DNA of 64,000 nucleotides from an uncultured Verrucomicrobiae bacterium (GTDB lineage: Bacteria; Verrucomicrobiota; Verrucomicrobiia; Chthoniobacterales; UBA10450), in contig CAVYMO010000002.1 in the NCBI GenBank assembly GCA_963769625.1, positions 185,653 through 249,652 on the forward strand, given 5' to 3'. Of the stretch, positions 50,828 to 60,200 are shown piece by piece. The notes below the pieces were generated by a model. That model saw only the letters and a program-made list of their open reading frames with translations. It searched no databases and was not told the origin of the DNA. Every line of letters starts with the position of its first letter. Positions within the stretch are counted from its first letter, which is position 1. The position numbers and the translations under genes are program-made.

Positions 50828-52241
50828 CTAAACCGCCGCGTCGGGTTTGCCGTTCCGCTCTTCCAGAGCCACACCGCTCAACTTCTGAAAATGTAGTTGC
50901 TCGACCCGGCGTCCGTCCGTTTTCGTGATCGTGACCAGATAGTTTTCGATCCGGACCTGCTCACCTTGCTTTGGCAGATGCCCGAGGAGATGCGTCACGT
51001 AACCGCCGATCGTGCTCACGTCGGCACTTTCCAGGGTGAGGTCCGCCATGTCCTGCAACTCATACAAGCCCACCGCACCTTCCAGCGGTAAACTCGTTTT
51101 CATTGATCGCGCGGAACTCTGCCTTTTCGGTGTCGAATTCGTCCTGGATATCGCCGACCAATTCCTCGAGCACGTTCTCCAGCGTGACCATACCGACGGT
51201 GCCGCCGTATTCATCCACCACCACCGCGAGGTGAGCGTGTTTGGTCAGGAACATGTGGAGCAACTTCTCGAGCTGCATCATTTCGGGCACGTTGAGCACG
51301 TCGCGCCGGATGCGCATCAGGTCCGGTTGCGGATCACGCATCATCGGCACCAACTCCTTGATGTGGACAAGACCGATCGTGTTATCGAGATGACCGCGGC
51401 AGAGCGGAAAACGCGTGTGCCGCGACTCGAGCGCCTTGGCGACGTTGGCCTCGAAGCTCTCTTCCAAATCGAGAGAAACGACATCGCCCCGCGGCGTCAT
51501 GATATCACGCACGACACGGCGGCGCATATCGAGAGCGTTCACCAAAATGTCGCGGCCCAAGGTGGAAACCTCGTCGGATCTTTCACTCTCATCCAGGATC
51601 AGGCGCAGCTCTTCCTCACTGTGCGCCAGCTCGTGCTTGCCCACCGGTTCGAGTCGGAAAGCATGTTTGAGAATCCAGTTGGCCGTCCCATTCAAGAACC
51701 AAATGGCCGGCTTGAAAACGACGTAAAACATCCCGAGCGGTCGTGCGATCCAGAGCGTGGTCGCGACCGATTTGCGAATCGCGAGCGACTTCGGAGCCAA
51801 CTCGCCCAGCACAATATGCAAAAAGGTGATCATCCCGAATGCGATCGTGAATGAAAACGTGTGGATGACGGTGGCCGACTCGACGCCGACGCGGGCGAAA
51901 AGCGGTTCGATCATCCGCGCCAGGAAAGGCTCGCCCACCCAGCCCAGGCCAAGGCTCGCGAGGGTGATCCCGAGTTGCGTCGCGGAAAGGTAGGCATCGA
52001 GATGCGCCACCACGTGACGGGCAAACGCTGCCCGCGCTTCCCCATTTTCATCCAACGCCTCCAGCTGGCTGCCGCGTACCTTTACGATCGCAAATTCAGC
52101 CGCCACGAAAAACCCGTTCAGCGTCACGAGAAAGAGGATGACGAGCAGCTTCGCCAGAATGACGCCAATCGAATCCCATTCCTGAGCAACCCCGACGGCG
52201 AGCGGCCAGTCGGTTCCGAAAACAAAAGATGAAATGCTCAT
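50828..52241 (-). pseudogene. HlyC/CorC-family transporter (DUF21 TM domain, CBS pair, CorC_HlyC), one frameshift near 51095
   Basis: ORF 51060..52241 holds the DUF21 TM region and CBS domains (..[14 protein letters not shown].., [34 protein letters not shown]). ORF 50828..51214 holds the CorC_HlyC domain (..[21 protein letters not shown]..). Confidence 0.85.
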
Positions 52242-52290
52242 CGCACGGACGCGACCCTCGCGCCCGAAACCCGCACCACCGGGGCGGTTG

Positions 52291-52560
52291 CTACCAGCTC
52301 GACTTCGTCACCCCGGGGATCAACCCGGCGGACGCCAGTTCGCGAAAAGTGAGACGCGAGACCTTGAAGCGGCGGATGAAAGCGCGACGGCGCCCGCTCA
52401 CTTCGCAGCGGTTCACCACACGCGTTGGGCTGGCGTCGCGCGGCAGCGCGGAGAGGCCGGCATAGTCCTTCTTTGCCTTCAGCTCCGCCCGGACCGCGGC
52501 GTATTTTTTCACCGTTGCGCGCTTGCGTTCGTTTCGATTTAACCAGGAAGTCTTCGCCAT
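52291..52560 (-). CDS. rpsN: 30S ribosomal protein S14 (89-aa form with a single Cys and no CxxC pairs), located outside a ribosomal-protein operon
   Basis: [81 protein letters not shown] is the 3' part of ORF 52291..53355. ATG at 52560. Confidence 0.9.
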   Translation of the reverse strand: MAKTSWLNRNERKRATVKKYAAVRAELKAKKDYAGLSALPRDASPTRVVNRCEVSGRRRAFIRRFKVSRLTFRELASAGLIPGVTKSSW

Positions 52561-52636
52561 AAAAAGGAGTGCGGAAGCTAGCGGCCTTTCCCACCATTGC
52601 AACCGCTTTTTCCCTCCAGCCGCTCCTTCTTTGAAG

Positions 52637-52668
52637 CGTTGGACGTTGGACGTTGGACGTTGGACGTT
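52637..52668. repeat. Tandem heptanucleotide repeat (CGTTGGA) x4.6
   Basis: Read directly: cgttgga cgttgga cgttgga cgttgga cgtt. It lies between the divergent rpsN start (52560) and ATG 52675. Confidence 0.9.
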
Positions 52669-52674
52669 TCCCCG

Positions 52675-53472
52675 ATGTTCCCGCTGCATACGAAGACCTT
52701 TCCTGCTGACGCCTCCGAACTTGCCCGCTTGATGAACGAAAGCGTGCAACGCGTTTTCTCCACCGCCGGCGAGCCGGTCACGATCGAGAGCATCTCCTAC
52801 CCCGCGTTGGAAAGCCTCCGCATTCACCTCGATCACGCCCAACTGCGTCCCAATCCGCCGGGTCCTCCGATCGTGTCCGGTGGTAAAGTCGCGGCCCTCT
52901 CCGTGAACCGTTTTTCCCTCGAAGGCGTGGGCCTCTCTGTTGGGCCAGCCATCGCGGATGTGCACCTCACCGCGCGCGACGTCCGCCTCCAGCAAGGCCG
53001 CGATTCGAACCAAGAAGTCGTCCTCCTCTTGCAACGCGCAGCCGACGGCAGCGTCGAGATCGCCGCCGACAAATCGGAACTGGAGAAAGCGATCGCTGCC
53101 GTCGCCAGTCTCGAGGCCGGCAAACAAGGCGTCACGATCGAAGACGTGCGCGTCGCCTTGCGCGAACGCAGCCCGCGCAGTCTCAGCGCCGAGGTGCACG
53201 TAAAAGCGAAGAAACTGTTCTTCACCACGGTCATCCGCATCGCGGCAAATCTTGATCTCGACGACAATCTCAACGCCACCATTTCCGGGCTCGCCTGTCA
53301 GGGCGAAGGCGCCATCGGCACCCTCGCCTGCGGCGTCCTCGCTCCGCATTTGCAAAAGCTCGACGGGCGCTCCTTTTCTTTGCTCGCACTCCCGCTGGGC
53401 GACATCCGACTTCGCGACATCCGTCTTTCAGCCTCGGATAAAATCACGTTGCGAGCCGAGTTCGGCGCTTAG
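52675..53472 (+). CDS. Hypothetical protein
   Basis: ORF 52597..53472 with ATG at 52675 (MFPLHTKTF..). No family recognised with confidence; it may be DUF2993/LmeA-like, but that is a guess. Confidence 0.55.
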   Translation: MFPLHTKTFPADASELARLMNESVQRVFSTAGEPVTIESISYPALESLRIHLDHAQLRPNPPGPPIVSGGKVAALSVNRFSLEGVGLSVGPAIADVHLTARDVRLQQGRDSNQEVVLLLQRAADGSVEIAADKSELEKAIAAVASLEAGKQGVTIEDVRVALRERSPRSLSAEVHVKAKKLFFTTVIRIAANLDLDDNLNATISGLACQGEGAIGTLACGVLAPHLQKLDGRSFSLLALPLGDIRLRDIRLSASDKITLRAEFGA

Positions 53473-53530
53473 GGAGTCGGCGGGGGAATTGCGGCTGGTC
53501 ACGGCCGCCTCGGTCCTTCAAGCTGGCAAC

Positions 53531-53956
53531 ATGAAAACTTCTTTCGGGTGCGCCGCTCTGGCCATGCTCCTCGCCTGCGCCGGGATCATCCCCTCTCGCG
53601 CCGCCGACGAGAAAGGCCCCGCCCTCGCCGCTGCCGTCAAGCAAGCCATCGAAGCCAAAGACGCCGCCGCGCTCGATAAACTTGTCTATTGGGAAGGCTC
53701 GTCGGCGGATGGCAAGAGTTTCTATAAAGCGCTCCTCGCCACCGCGCTCGAAATCAAAGTCGAAAGCGTCGCGGTGGAACCATTGCCGGCCGGTAAAACC
53801 GGCCCGCCCACCACTCTCACCGTCACCCATTTGCTCAAGATTACCGGCAAGGAAGGCGAAGGCGCCTCACGCCAGACATTCCCGGTCGGCGAGAAGGACG
53901 GAAAACTTTACCTCGCTGCGGCCAGGGCGGGCCTACCTGGCCTGCCCCCGCCATAA
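53531..53956 (+). CDS. Hypothetical secreted protein
   Basis: ATG 53531 gives the signal peptide MKTSFGCAALAMLLACAGIIPSRAADE. It lies in frame in ORF 53252..53956. Confidence 0.6.
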   Translation: MKTSFGCAALAMLLACAGIIPSRAADEKGPALAAAVKQAIEAKDAAALDKLVYWEGSSADGKSFYKALLATALEIKVESVAVEPLPAGKTGPPTTLTVTHLLKITGKEGEGASRQTFPVGEKDGKLYLAAARAGLPGLPPP

Positions 53957-54073
53957 CGGCGCACCCGCGACTACCATTTTCCGCGCACGACCTCACGCGC
54001 TCTCCAGCCGCCGCATGACAAAACGGGGGTCGAATGTATGTTGCGCCCCCGCCGCCACCGACGCTCTCCCATC

Positions 54074-54901
54074 ATGCTCATCAAAATCGGCTTCGACATC
54101 GAATTCGAACTGCCCGGCCCCACGCCGATGGTCCTGATGCTTTACGTCCACCCGTCACGCCAACCGGACTTGCGCGCGGAGGAACGAATCATCGTCTCGC
54201 CCGACGTACCTCTTTCCCATTTCGTTGATCTTTACGGCAACCGCTGCGCCCGGCTTCTCGCCCCCGCGGGGAACATCAAGTTCGCGCTCGAGACCATCAT
54301 CGAAGACAGCGGCCAGCCCGACGCCGTCGTCCCCGATGCCATCCAGCATAATATTGAAGATTTGCCCGATGACGTCCTCCCTTTCCTGCTCACCAGTCGC
54401 TACTGCGAAGTCGACAAGCTTTCGGACATTGCCTGGCAGCTCTTCGGCTCGACCCCGCCGGGTTGGGCGCGCGCCCAAGCCATCGTCGAGTGGGTGCACA
54501 AGCACATCACCTTCGGCTACCATTTTGCCGACTCCACCAAGTCGGCCTTCGATTGCTATAACGACGGCCGCGGCGTCTGCCGCGATTTCAGCCATCTCGC
54601 CATCGCCTTCTTTCGCTGCATGAATATTCCCGCGCGTTACACCACCGGCTATATGGGCGACATCGGCGTCCCCGTGGTTCTCCCGATGGATCTCAGCGGT
54701 TGGTTCGAAGCCTATCTGGGTGGGCGCTGGTATACCTTCGATGCCCGCCACAACAGGCCGCGCATCGGCCGCATCGTCATGGCCCGCGGACGGGATGCCG
54801 CGGATGTGGCGCTCACGACCAATTTTGGTCGCGCCATCCTGAAGAAGTTTTTCATCATCAGCGACGAGTTGGGCGAAAATCTCACGCCCGTAAGCCCGTA
54901 G
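54074..54901 (+). CDS. Transglutaminase-like family protein (Bact_transglu_N plus transglutaminase core)
   Basis: MLIKIGFDIEFELPGPTPMVLMLYVHPS and the catalytic Cys context GRGVCRDFSHLAIAFFRCMNIPARYTTGY, plus ..WFEAYLGGRWYTFDARHN. Confidence 0.85.
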   Translation: MLIKIGFDIEFELPGPTPMVLMLYVHPSRQPDLRAEERIIVSPDVPLSHFVDLYGNRCARLLAPAGNIKFALETIIEDSGQPDAVVPDAIQHNIEDLPDDVLPFLLTSRYCEVDKLSDIAWQLFGSTPPGWARAQAIVEWVHKHITFGYHFADSTKSAFDCYNDGRGVCRDFSHLAIAFFRCMNIPARYTTGYMGDIGVPVVLPMDLSGWFEAYLGGRWYTFDARHNRPRIGRIVMARGRDAADVALTTNFGRAILKKFFIISDELGENLTPVSP

Positions 54902-54907
54902 GAGTCT

Positions 54908-57361
54908 TTACTCCTGCCGCAGCGCCACCATTGGGTCGACCTGCGTCGCCCGGCGCGCGGGCACGAAGCACGCCAGCAACGCCACCGCGGTGAGCGACAC
55001 CAGCGCCGTCGCCAGCGCCACGACATCGATCGAGCCCACCTCATAGAGCACGCTCGCCAACGCGCGCCCGGCCGCGATGGCACAGAGCAACCCGACCGCC
55101 AGTCCGATTCCGATCAAGAATACGCCCTGCCCGAGCACGAGTCGAAACACATCCGCCCGCGCCGCCCCCAGGGCCATGCGGATGCCGAGTTCGCGGGTCC
55201 GTTGTGTCACGCTGAGCGCCATCACGCCATACAAACCGAGCGTCGAAAGCACCAACGCGAGCGCGGCGAATGAACCCAGCAGGCCCATGGTGAGTCGCCG
55301 CGCGGCGAGGCTGTTCGCGATATTCTTTTCCATCGTCGCGATGGTGCCGAGCGGTTGATCGGGATCGAGCGCCTGCACCTCACGTCGGATCGCCGGCACC
55401 AACGCGAGAGGGTCGCCCCCTTTCACCCGCACAAGCAGGGTGTTGCCCGTCGTGCCGTATTGCGCCGAGGCAAAGTAGATGTGGTGAAACTTCAGCATCT
55501 CCACGTTCTCCTCGCCCGGCGCTTCGTTCCGCGTCCGCGCCACCACGCCCACGATCGTCAGGGGCGGCGGGTTCTCGTCGAAGGTCTGGTTGTCGTCGAT
55601 GTTGCGCCCGATCGGGTCTTCGTTAGGAAAATGTTTCCGCGCCAGCGTTTCATCGATGATGATGGAGCGCGACCGTCCCTTCCCGGCCACGTCTTCCGGA
55701 CCGAAAGCCCGACCGCGAATGATCGGCATCCCCATGGCGCGAAAATAATCCGCCGAGACGATATTGATCTCGGCCGAAGGTTCCTGTCCCGGTGTCGCTT
55801 CCGGCGTACCCGTCACATGAAAGCTGCTATCCCACTCGCTGTCGTCGAACGGGATGTTGCTCCCTATGGCCGCTGCTTCGACCCCAGGCAGCGTGCGCAC
55901 GCGCTCGAGCAATTGCCTGAAGAAGGGGATCGATTTTTCGTCCTCGCGATAGCGCGCTTCCGGCAGGGAGATGCCCACCGTCAGCAAATTCGTCGGATCA
56001 AAATTGATCGGCTCCTGCTGTGCCCGCCAGAAGCTTTTCAGCGTCAAGCCCGCGCCCGCCAGTAACACCACTGCCAGCGCCACCTGCGTGATGACCAACG
56101 CCGACCGCGCTCTCTGGCGCGCGGCGCCACCGCTGCCGCCCCGCGTGCCCGCTTCGTGCAGGACCATCGCGAGTGCTGCGTTCTTCGAGACCCGCCACGC
56201 CGGCCAGATGCCCACCAAAATGCCTGCCCCGATTGCCACCGCGCCGGTAAACAACAACGCCACCATGTCGATTCGCGTTTCTTGGAAACGCGTCACGCGC
56301 GCCGGACTCAACGCCAGAATCGCGTCCAGACTCCAGATCGCGAGCAGCATGCCCGCGACCGCGCCAAACACCGCCAGCAGCACGCTCTCGGTCAACATTT
56401 GCCGCATCAATTGCCACCGGCTCGCACCGAGGGCAGCGCGCACGGCCAGTTCCTTCCCGCGCGCGAGTGCACGCGCCAATTGTAGATTCGCGACATTCGC
56501 GCACGCGATCAGCAGGACGATCCCGACCGCCGCCAGCAAAAGCTGCAAACTGTGACGATACGAACCGACGGCCGATTCCAGCAACAAATCCAACTGCACG
56601 CGCCGCGTCGCATTTGTGTCCGGATAAAGCCGCTCCAGTTCCGCGGCGATCGTGTCGAGATCGGCTTTCGCTTGTTTCACCGTCACGCCCGGCTTCAAGC
56701 GGCCCAGCGCGGAGAAACCCGGATGGTTCCCGCGCGCCAGCACTCCCTGCTCTTTCCTCAAATCCGCCAGCGGCACCCAAATCTCTGCCAGCCGCGGGAA
56801 GGTCAGATCCTGCGAGACCACGCCCACGATCTCGCGTGCAACGCCGTCCAGCATCACTTGCTGACCGAGCACTTTCTCCGACCCGCCGAATTTCGATTTC
56901 CACAACCGCTCGCTGATCAGTGCCACGGGACCCGCCCCCGGCACATCATCGGACTCGGCCAGGTCGCGGCCGAGGAGCGGCTTCAGCCCCATGACCGCGA
57001 GAAAATTGTAAGTCACCTGGCCGCCACCCACACGTTCCGGTGCAGCCACGCCGCCTTTGGGAGAAAAATTAAACGTCTCGCGGCGCACCAACGTCAGGTC
57101 GGTGAAGGAGCGTTGACCCGCCCGCCAATCGAGAAAGTTCGGATAACTTACCGATCCCGTCGGGAACGTGGCCGTCGTCTCTCGCACCATCACCAAGCGG
57201 TCCGATTCCGGATACGGCAGCGGCCGCAAGAGCACGGCGTGCACAACACTAAAAATTGCCGTGTTGGCGCCAATCCCGAGCGCGAGCGCAAAGACGGCGA
57301 TGAAGGTGAAGCCAGGGTTCTTTAACAGCTGGCGAAAGGCGTAGCGGAGGTCAGTAATCAT
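54908..57361 (-). CDS. ADOP-family ABC transporter permease (duplicated MacB/FtsX-like), copy 1, intact
   Basis: 817 aa. The N-terminus [40 protein letters not shown] is typical of ADOP. It has two MacB_PCD plus FtsX halves and ends ..[10 protein letters not shown]. Confidence 0.9.
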   Translation of the reverse strand: MITDLRYAFRQLLKNPGFTFIAVFALALGIGANTAIFSVVHAVLLRPLPYPESDRLVMVRETTATFPTGSVSYPNFLDWRAGQRSFTDLTLVRRETFNFSPKGGVAAPERVGGGQVTYNFLAVMGLKPLLGRDLAESDDVPGAGPVALISERLWKSKFGGSEKVLGQQVMLDGVAREIVGVVSQDLTFPRLAEIWVPLADLRKEQGVLARGNHPGFSALGRLKPGVTVKQAKADLDTIAAELERLYPDTNATRRVQLDLLLESAVGSYRHSLQLLLAAVGIVLLIACANVANLQLARALARGKELAVRAALGASRWQLMRQMLTESVLLAVFGAVAGMLLAIWSLDAILALSPARVTRFQETRIDMVALLFTGAVAIGAGILVGIWPAWRVSKNAALAMVLHEAGTRGGSGGAARQRARSALVITQVALAVVLLAGAGLTLKSFWRAQQEPINFDPTNLLTVGISLPEARYREDEKSIPFFRQLLERVRTLPGVEAAAIGSNIPFDDSEWDSSFHVTGTPEATPGQEPSAEINIVSADYFRAMGMPIIRGRAFGPEDVAGKGRSRSIIIDETLARKHFPNEDPIGRNIDDNQTFDENPPPLTIVGVVARTRNEAPGEENVEMLKFHHIYFASAQYGTTGNTLLVRVKGGDPLALVPAIRREVQALDPDQPLGTIATMEKNIANSLAARRLTMGLLGSFAALALVLSTLGLYGVMALSVTQRTRELGIRMALGAARADVFRLVLGQGVFLIGIGLAVGLLCAIAAGRALASVLYEVGSIDVVALATALVSLTAVALLACFVPARRATQVDPMVALRQE

Positions 57362-57388
57362 AATATTATGGAGCGTGGAGTTTCAGCT

Positions 57389-57544
57389 CCGGGGAGCGCA
57401 CGCTTGCAGCGTGCTGGCGATGGCATTCTGCCATCGCGAACTTTGGAGACGTTCCGCAAGGACGCGCGTCACCTTCGGGCACGCTTCCAAAGTTCGTTTC
57501 GGCAGAATGCCGAAACCAGCACGCTGCAAGCGTGCGCTCCCCGG
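57389..57544. repeat. Long palindromic intercistronic element, copy A (156 bp)
   Basis: The 29-nt terminal inverted repeat CCGGGGAGCGCACGCTTGCAGCGTGCTGG ... CCAGCACGCTGCAAGCGTGCGCTCCCCGG has further internal complementarity (GGCATTCTGCC/GGCAGAATGCC and CGAACTTTGGA/TCCAAAGTTCG). It sits 3 nt after the ADOP copy 2 stop and 27 nt before the copy 1 start. Confidence 0.85.
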
Positions 57545-57546
57545 CA

Positions 57547-59994
57547 TTACTCATGACGCAACGCCTCCATCGGATTAACGCGCGCGGCGCGACGTGCGGG
57601 GAAAAAACCAGCGACGCCCGCCGTCAACGCGAGCAGCAAACAAGCAGTCGCGTAACTCACCGGATCGCTCGCATCGATCCCAAACAACGAAGCGCGCAAA
57701 ACTCGCGCAACCACGAGCGCGCCGACAAGTCCGAGCATCGCGCCCACCACGACCGCGCGCATCCCCTGCCCCACCACCAGGCGCAACACACCGGCGCGCG
57801 TCGCCCCCAAAGCCATGCGAATTCCAATCTCACGCGTCCGCTGCGTCACGCCATGCGCCATCGTTCCGTACAATCCCGCCGCCGCGAGCGTGAGTGCGAC
57901 CACGGAGAAAAAGCCCATCAACCAGCCGCGTAACCGTGATTGCCAGACGGAATCGCTCACCTCTTTTTCCAGCGCCGTGAAATTAAACACGCCCACGTCC
58001 GGCGCGATGCTCGCGACCTCGCGTTGCAGCGCGGGCACAAGGCTGAGCGCCTTCACTCCATCGCGCGCCCGCACGAGAAAGTGCATCTGCTTCCACGCCA
58101 GTTGCAGACTCGGCTTGTAAAGATCGGGGCCCGCCCCGCGTTCCAGCGATTGATGCCGCACATCAGCCACCACCCCGACGATAGTCATCCAGTCCGGGTC
58201 GGGGCTGGCGCTCGACCAGGTGCTCTCGGGCTTCCCGAGTTTCACGCGCTTACCGACCGCATCTTCCGCCGGCCAGAGGCGCTTCTTCAAACTCTCGCTG
58301 ACCAGGCAAACGCGCGGCGCATCCAGTTTGTCGCGCGCGTCGAAAACACGGCCGTGCCGAAGTGAAATCCGGACAGTTCGAAAATAGTCGGAGCTAACGG
58401 TCTGAAAGTTCACGCGCGGATTGCGGCTTTGCTCGTCGGGCGATTGATGCTCGGCCGTGAACTCCGCGCGGTTCCAGGGCCGTTGTGGCACAAACGGCGG
58501 ACTGTTGTTCGCCGCGACCGCTTCCACCCCCGGCATCGCCGCGATGCGTTGCAGCAAACGCGTAAACCGATCCACCCGCACCTGCGCGGATTCCTCGAGT
58601 TGTAGGTCGGATTCACTTCCATCATCAAAACATTCCGCGCCTCGAAACCGGGATCGACCTCATCCAGCTTCATCACACTCCGCAGCACCAGACTCGCGCC
58701 CACCAGCAACACGATCGACACCGCCACCTGCGCCGCCATCAGGATTTCGCGGGTGCGCCCGCCGCGCCCGCTTCCGCCCGTGTTTCCCGCGCCCGTCGCT
58801 TTCAAAGCCTCGGAAACATCGAACCGCGTCGCCTGCCACGCGGGCAGGGAACCGGCCAGGAGCGCAGCCACGCTGGAGACGCCGACCGTGAACGCCAGCA
58901 CCTGCGCGTTCACATCGATCGTTAACCAGAACGGCAACTCCACCGGAATCGCCGCGCGCACGAACTCCACCAGCCAGAACGCGAGAAGAATTCCCGCTAC
59001 GCTGCCGAGAAACGCGAGCAGCGCGCTTTCCGTCAAGAGTTGTCGGATCAACTGCAGCCGGCTGGCACCGAGCGCAGCGCGCACGGAAAACTCGCGCCCC
59101 CGCGTGACCGCGCGCGCAAGCAAAAGCTGGCTCACATTCGCGCAGGCGATCAGCAACACGCCGCCACACGCCGCGAACAAGAGCACGAGCGACGAACGCA
59201 CTTCGCCCACCGTGGCCTCGCGCAGTCCGATCACGCCCGCGCCCACCTTGTCGTTCGTCTCGGGATATTGCCGCGCCAGCTGATCTGCGATCACGTTCAT
59301 TTCCGCCTGCGCCTGCGGAATGGTCACGCCCGGTTTGAGACGCCCGATCGCTTGATCGGCGCGCCAGGATCGATCGGTGCTCTTCCCGAAAACCGAAGAC
59401 ATCGGCACCCAAATGTCGGTTTGCGAGGGAAACCGAAACCCATCGGGCAAGCACGCCCACCACCGTGCGCAAACTTCCATCGAGCTGCACCTCACGCCCG
59501 ATGATCGCGCCATCGCCGCCGAACGAACGCTGCCAAAGCCGATGACTGATCAGGATGACCGCCGGCGCGTCCGGCACATCGTCGGCGGGAAGAAAATCCC
59601 GTCCGCGCGCCGGTGTCACGCCTAACAAATTGAAAAGGTTCGCGGTGGTAAACGTCGTCTTCAACGTCTCGGTCGTGCCGGCTGCCGATTGCAGATTTCC
59701 GTTCCAACGCAGGTTGAAGAACGCGAGATCGGAAAAGCTGCGCGCATTCTGTTTCCAGTCCTTAAAATCGAGATAATTGACTCCCAGATCGGTCGCCGTT
59801 TCGGCGCTGCGTGATTGCACCATCACGAGACGTTCCGGCTCCGCGTAGGGCAGCGGGCGCAGAAGAAATCCGTAGATCGCGCCGAAGATCGCGGTCGTCG
59901 CGCCGATCCCGAGCGCGAGTGCGAAGATGGCCGTAAGCGAAAAGCCCGGCGCCTTCCACATCATGCGCAGCGCGTAACGAAGTTCAGTGATCAT
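57547..59994 (-). pseudogene. ADOP-family permease, copy 2, frameshifts near 59450 and 58600
   Basis: [37 protein letters not shown].. (ORF 58660..59994) joins ..[31 protein letters not shown].. (ORF 58410..59513). That in turn joins ..RVDRFTRLLQRI..ending VNPMEALRHE (ORF 57547..58581). Confidence 0.85.
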
Positions 59995-60020
59995 AGCTTA
60001 AGAAGCGTGCGCGATGGAAT

Positions 60021-60176
60021 CCGGGGAGCGCACGCTTGCAGCGTGCTGGTCGCGGCATTCTGCCGCGACGAACTTCCTAAACATCCCCCAAGATTGCGCG
60101 TCCAATCTCGGGAACGCGTCCGAAAGTTCGTCTCCGCAGAATGCGGAGACCAGCACGCTGCAAGCGTGCGCTCCCC
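60021..60176. repeat. Long palindromic intercistronic element, copy B (156 bp), same family as copy A
   Basis: The left arm is identical to copy A (29/29). The right arm CCAGCACGCTGCAAGCGTGCGCTCCCC is identical over 27 nt. The sub-terminal GCATTCTGC/GCAGAATGC pairing is similar, while the central ~60 nt differ. Confidence 0.85.
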
Positions 60177-60200
60177 GATCCGTTGTTCGAACGCCATCCT

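Noticed and set aside
57366-57578. Small mirrored ORFs (62-67 aa) on both strands inside palindromic element A, with similar ones at 59991..60264
   Set aside because: Symmetric ORFs on both strands are the expected by-product of a long inverted repeat. They have no start context or protein-like composition, so the region is treated as a DNA/RNA element.
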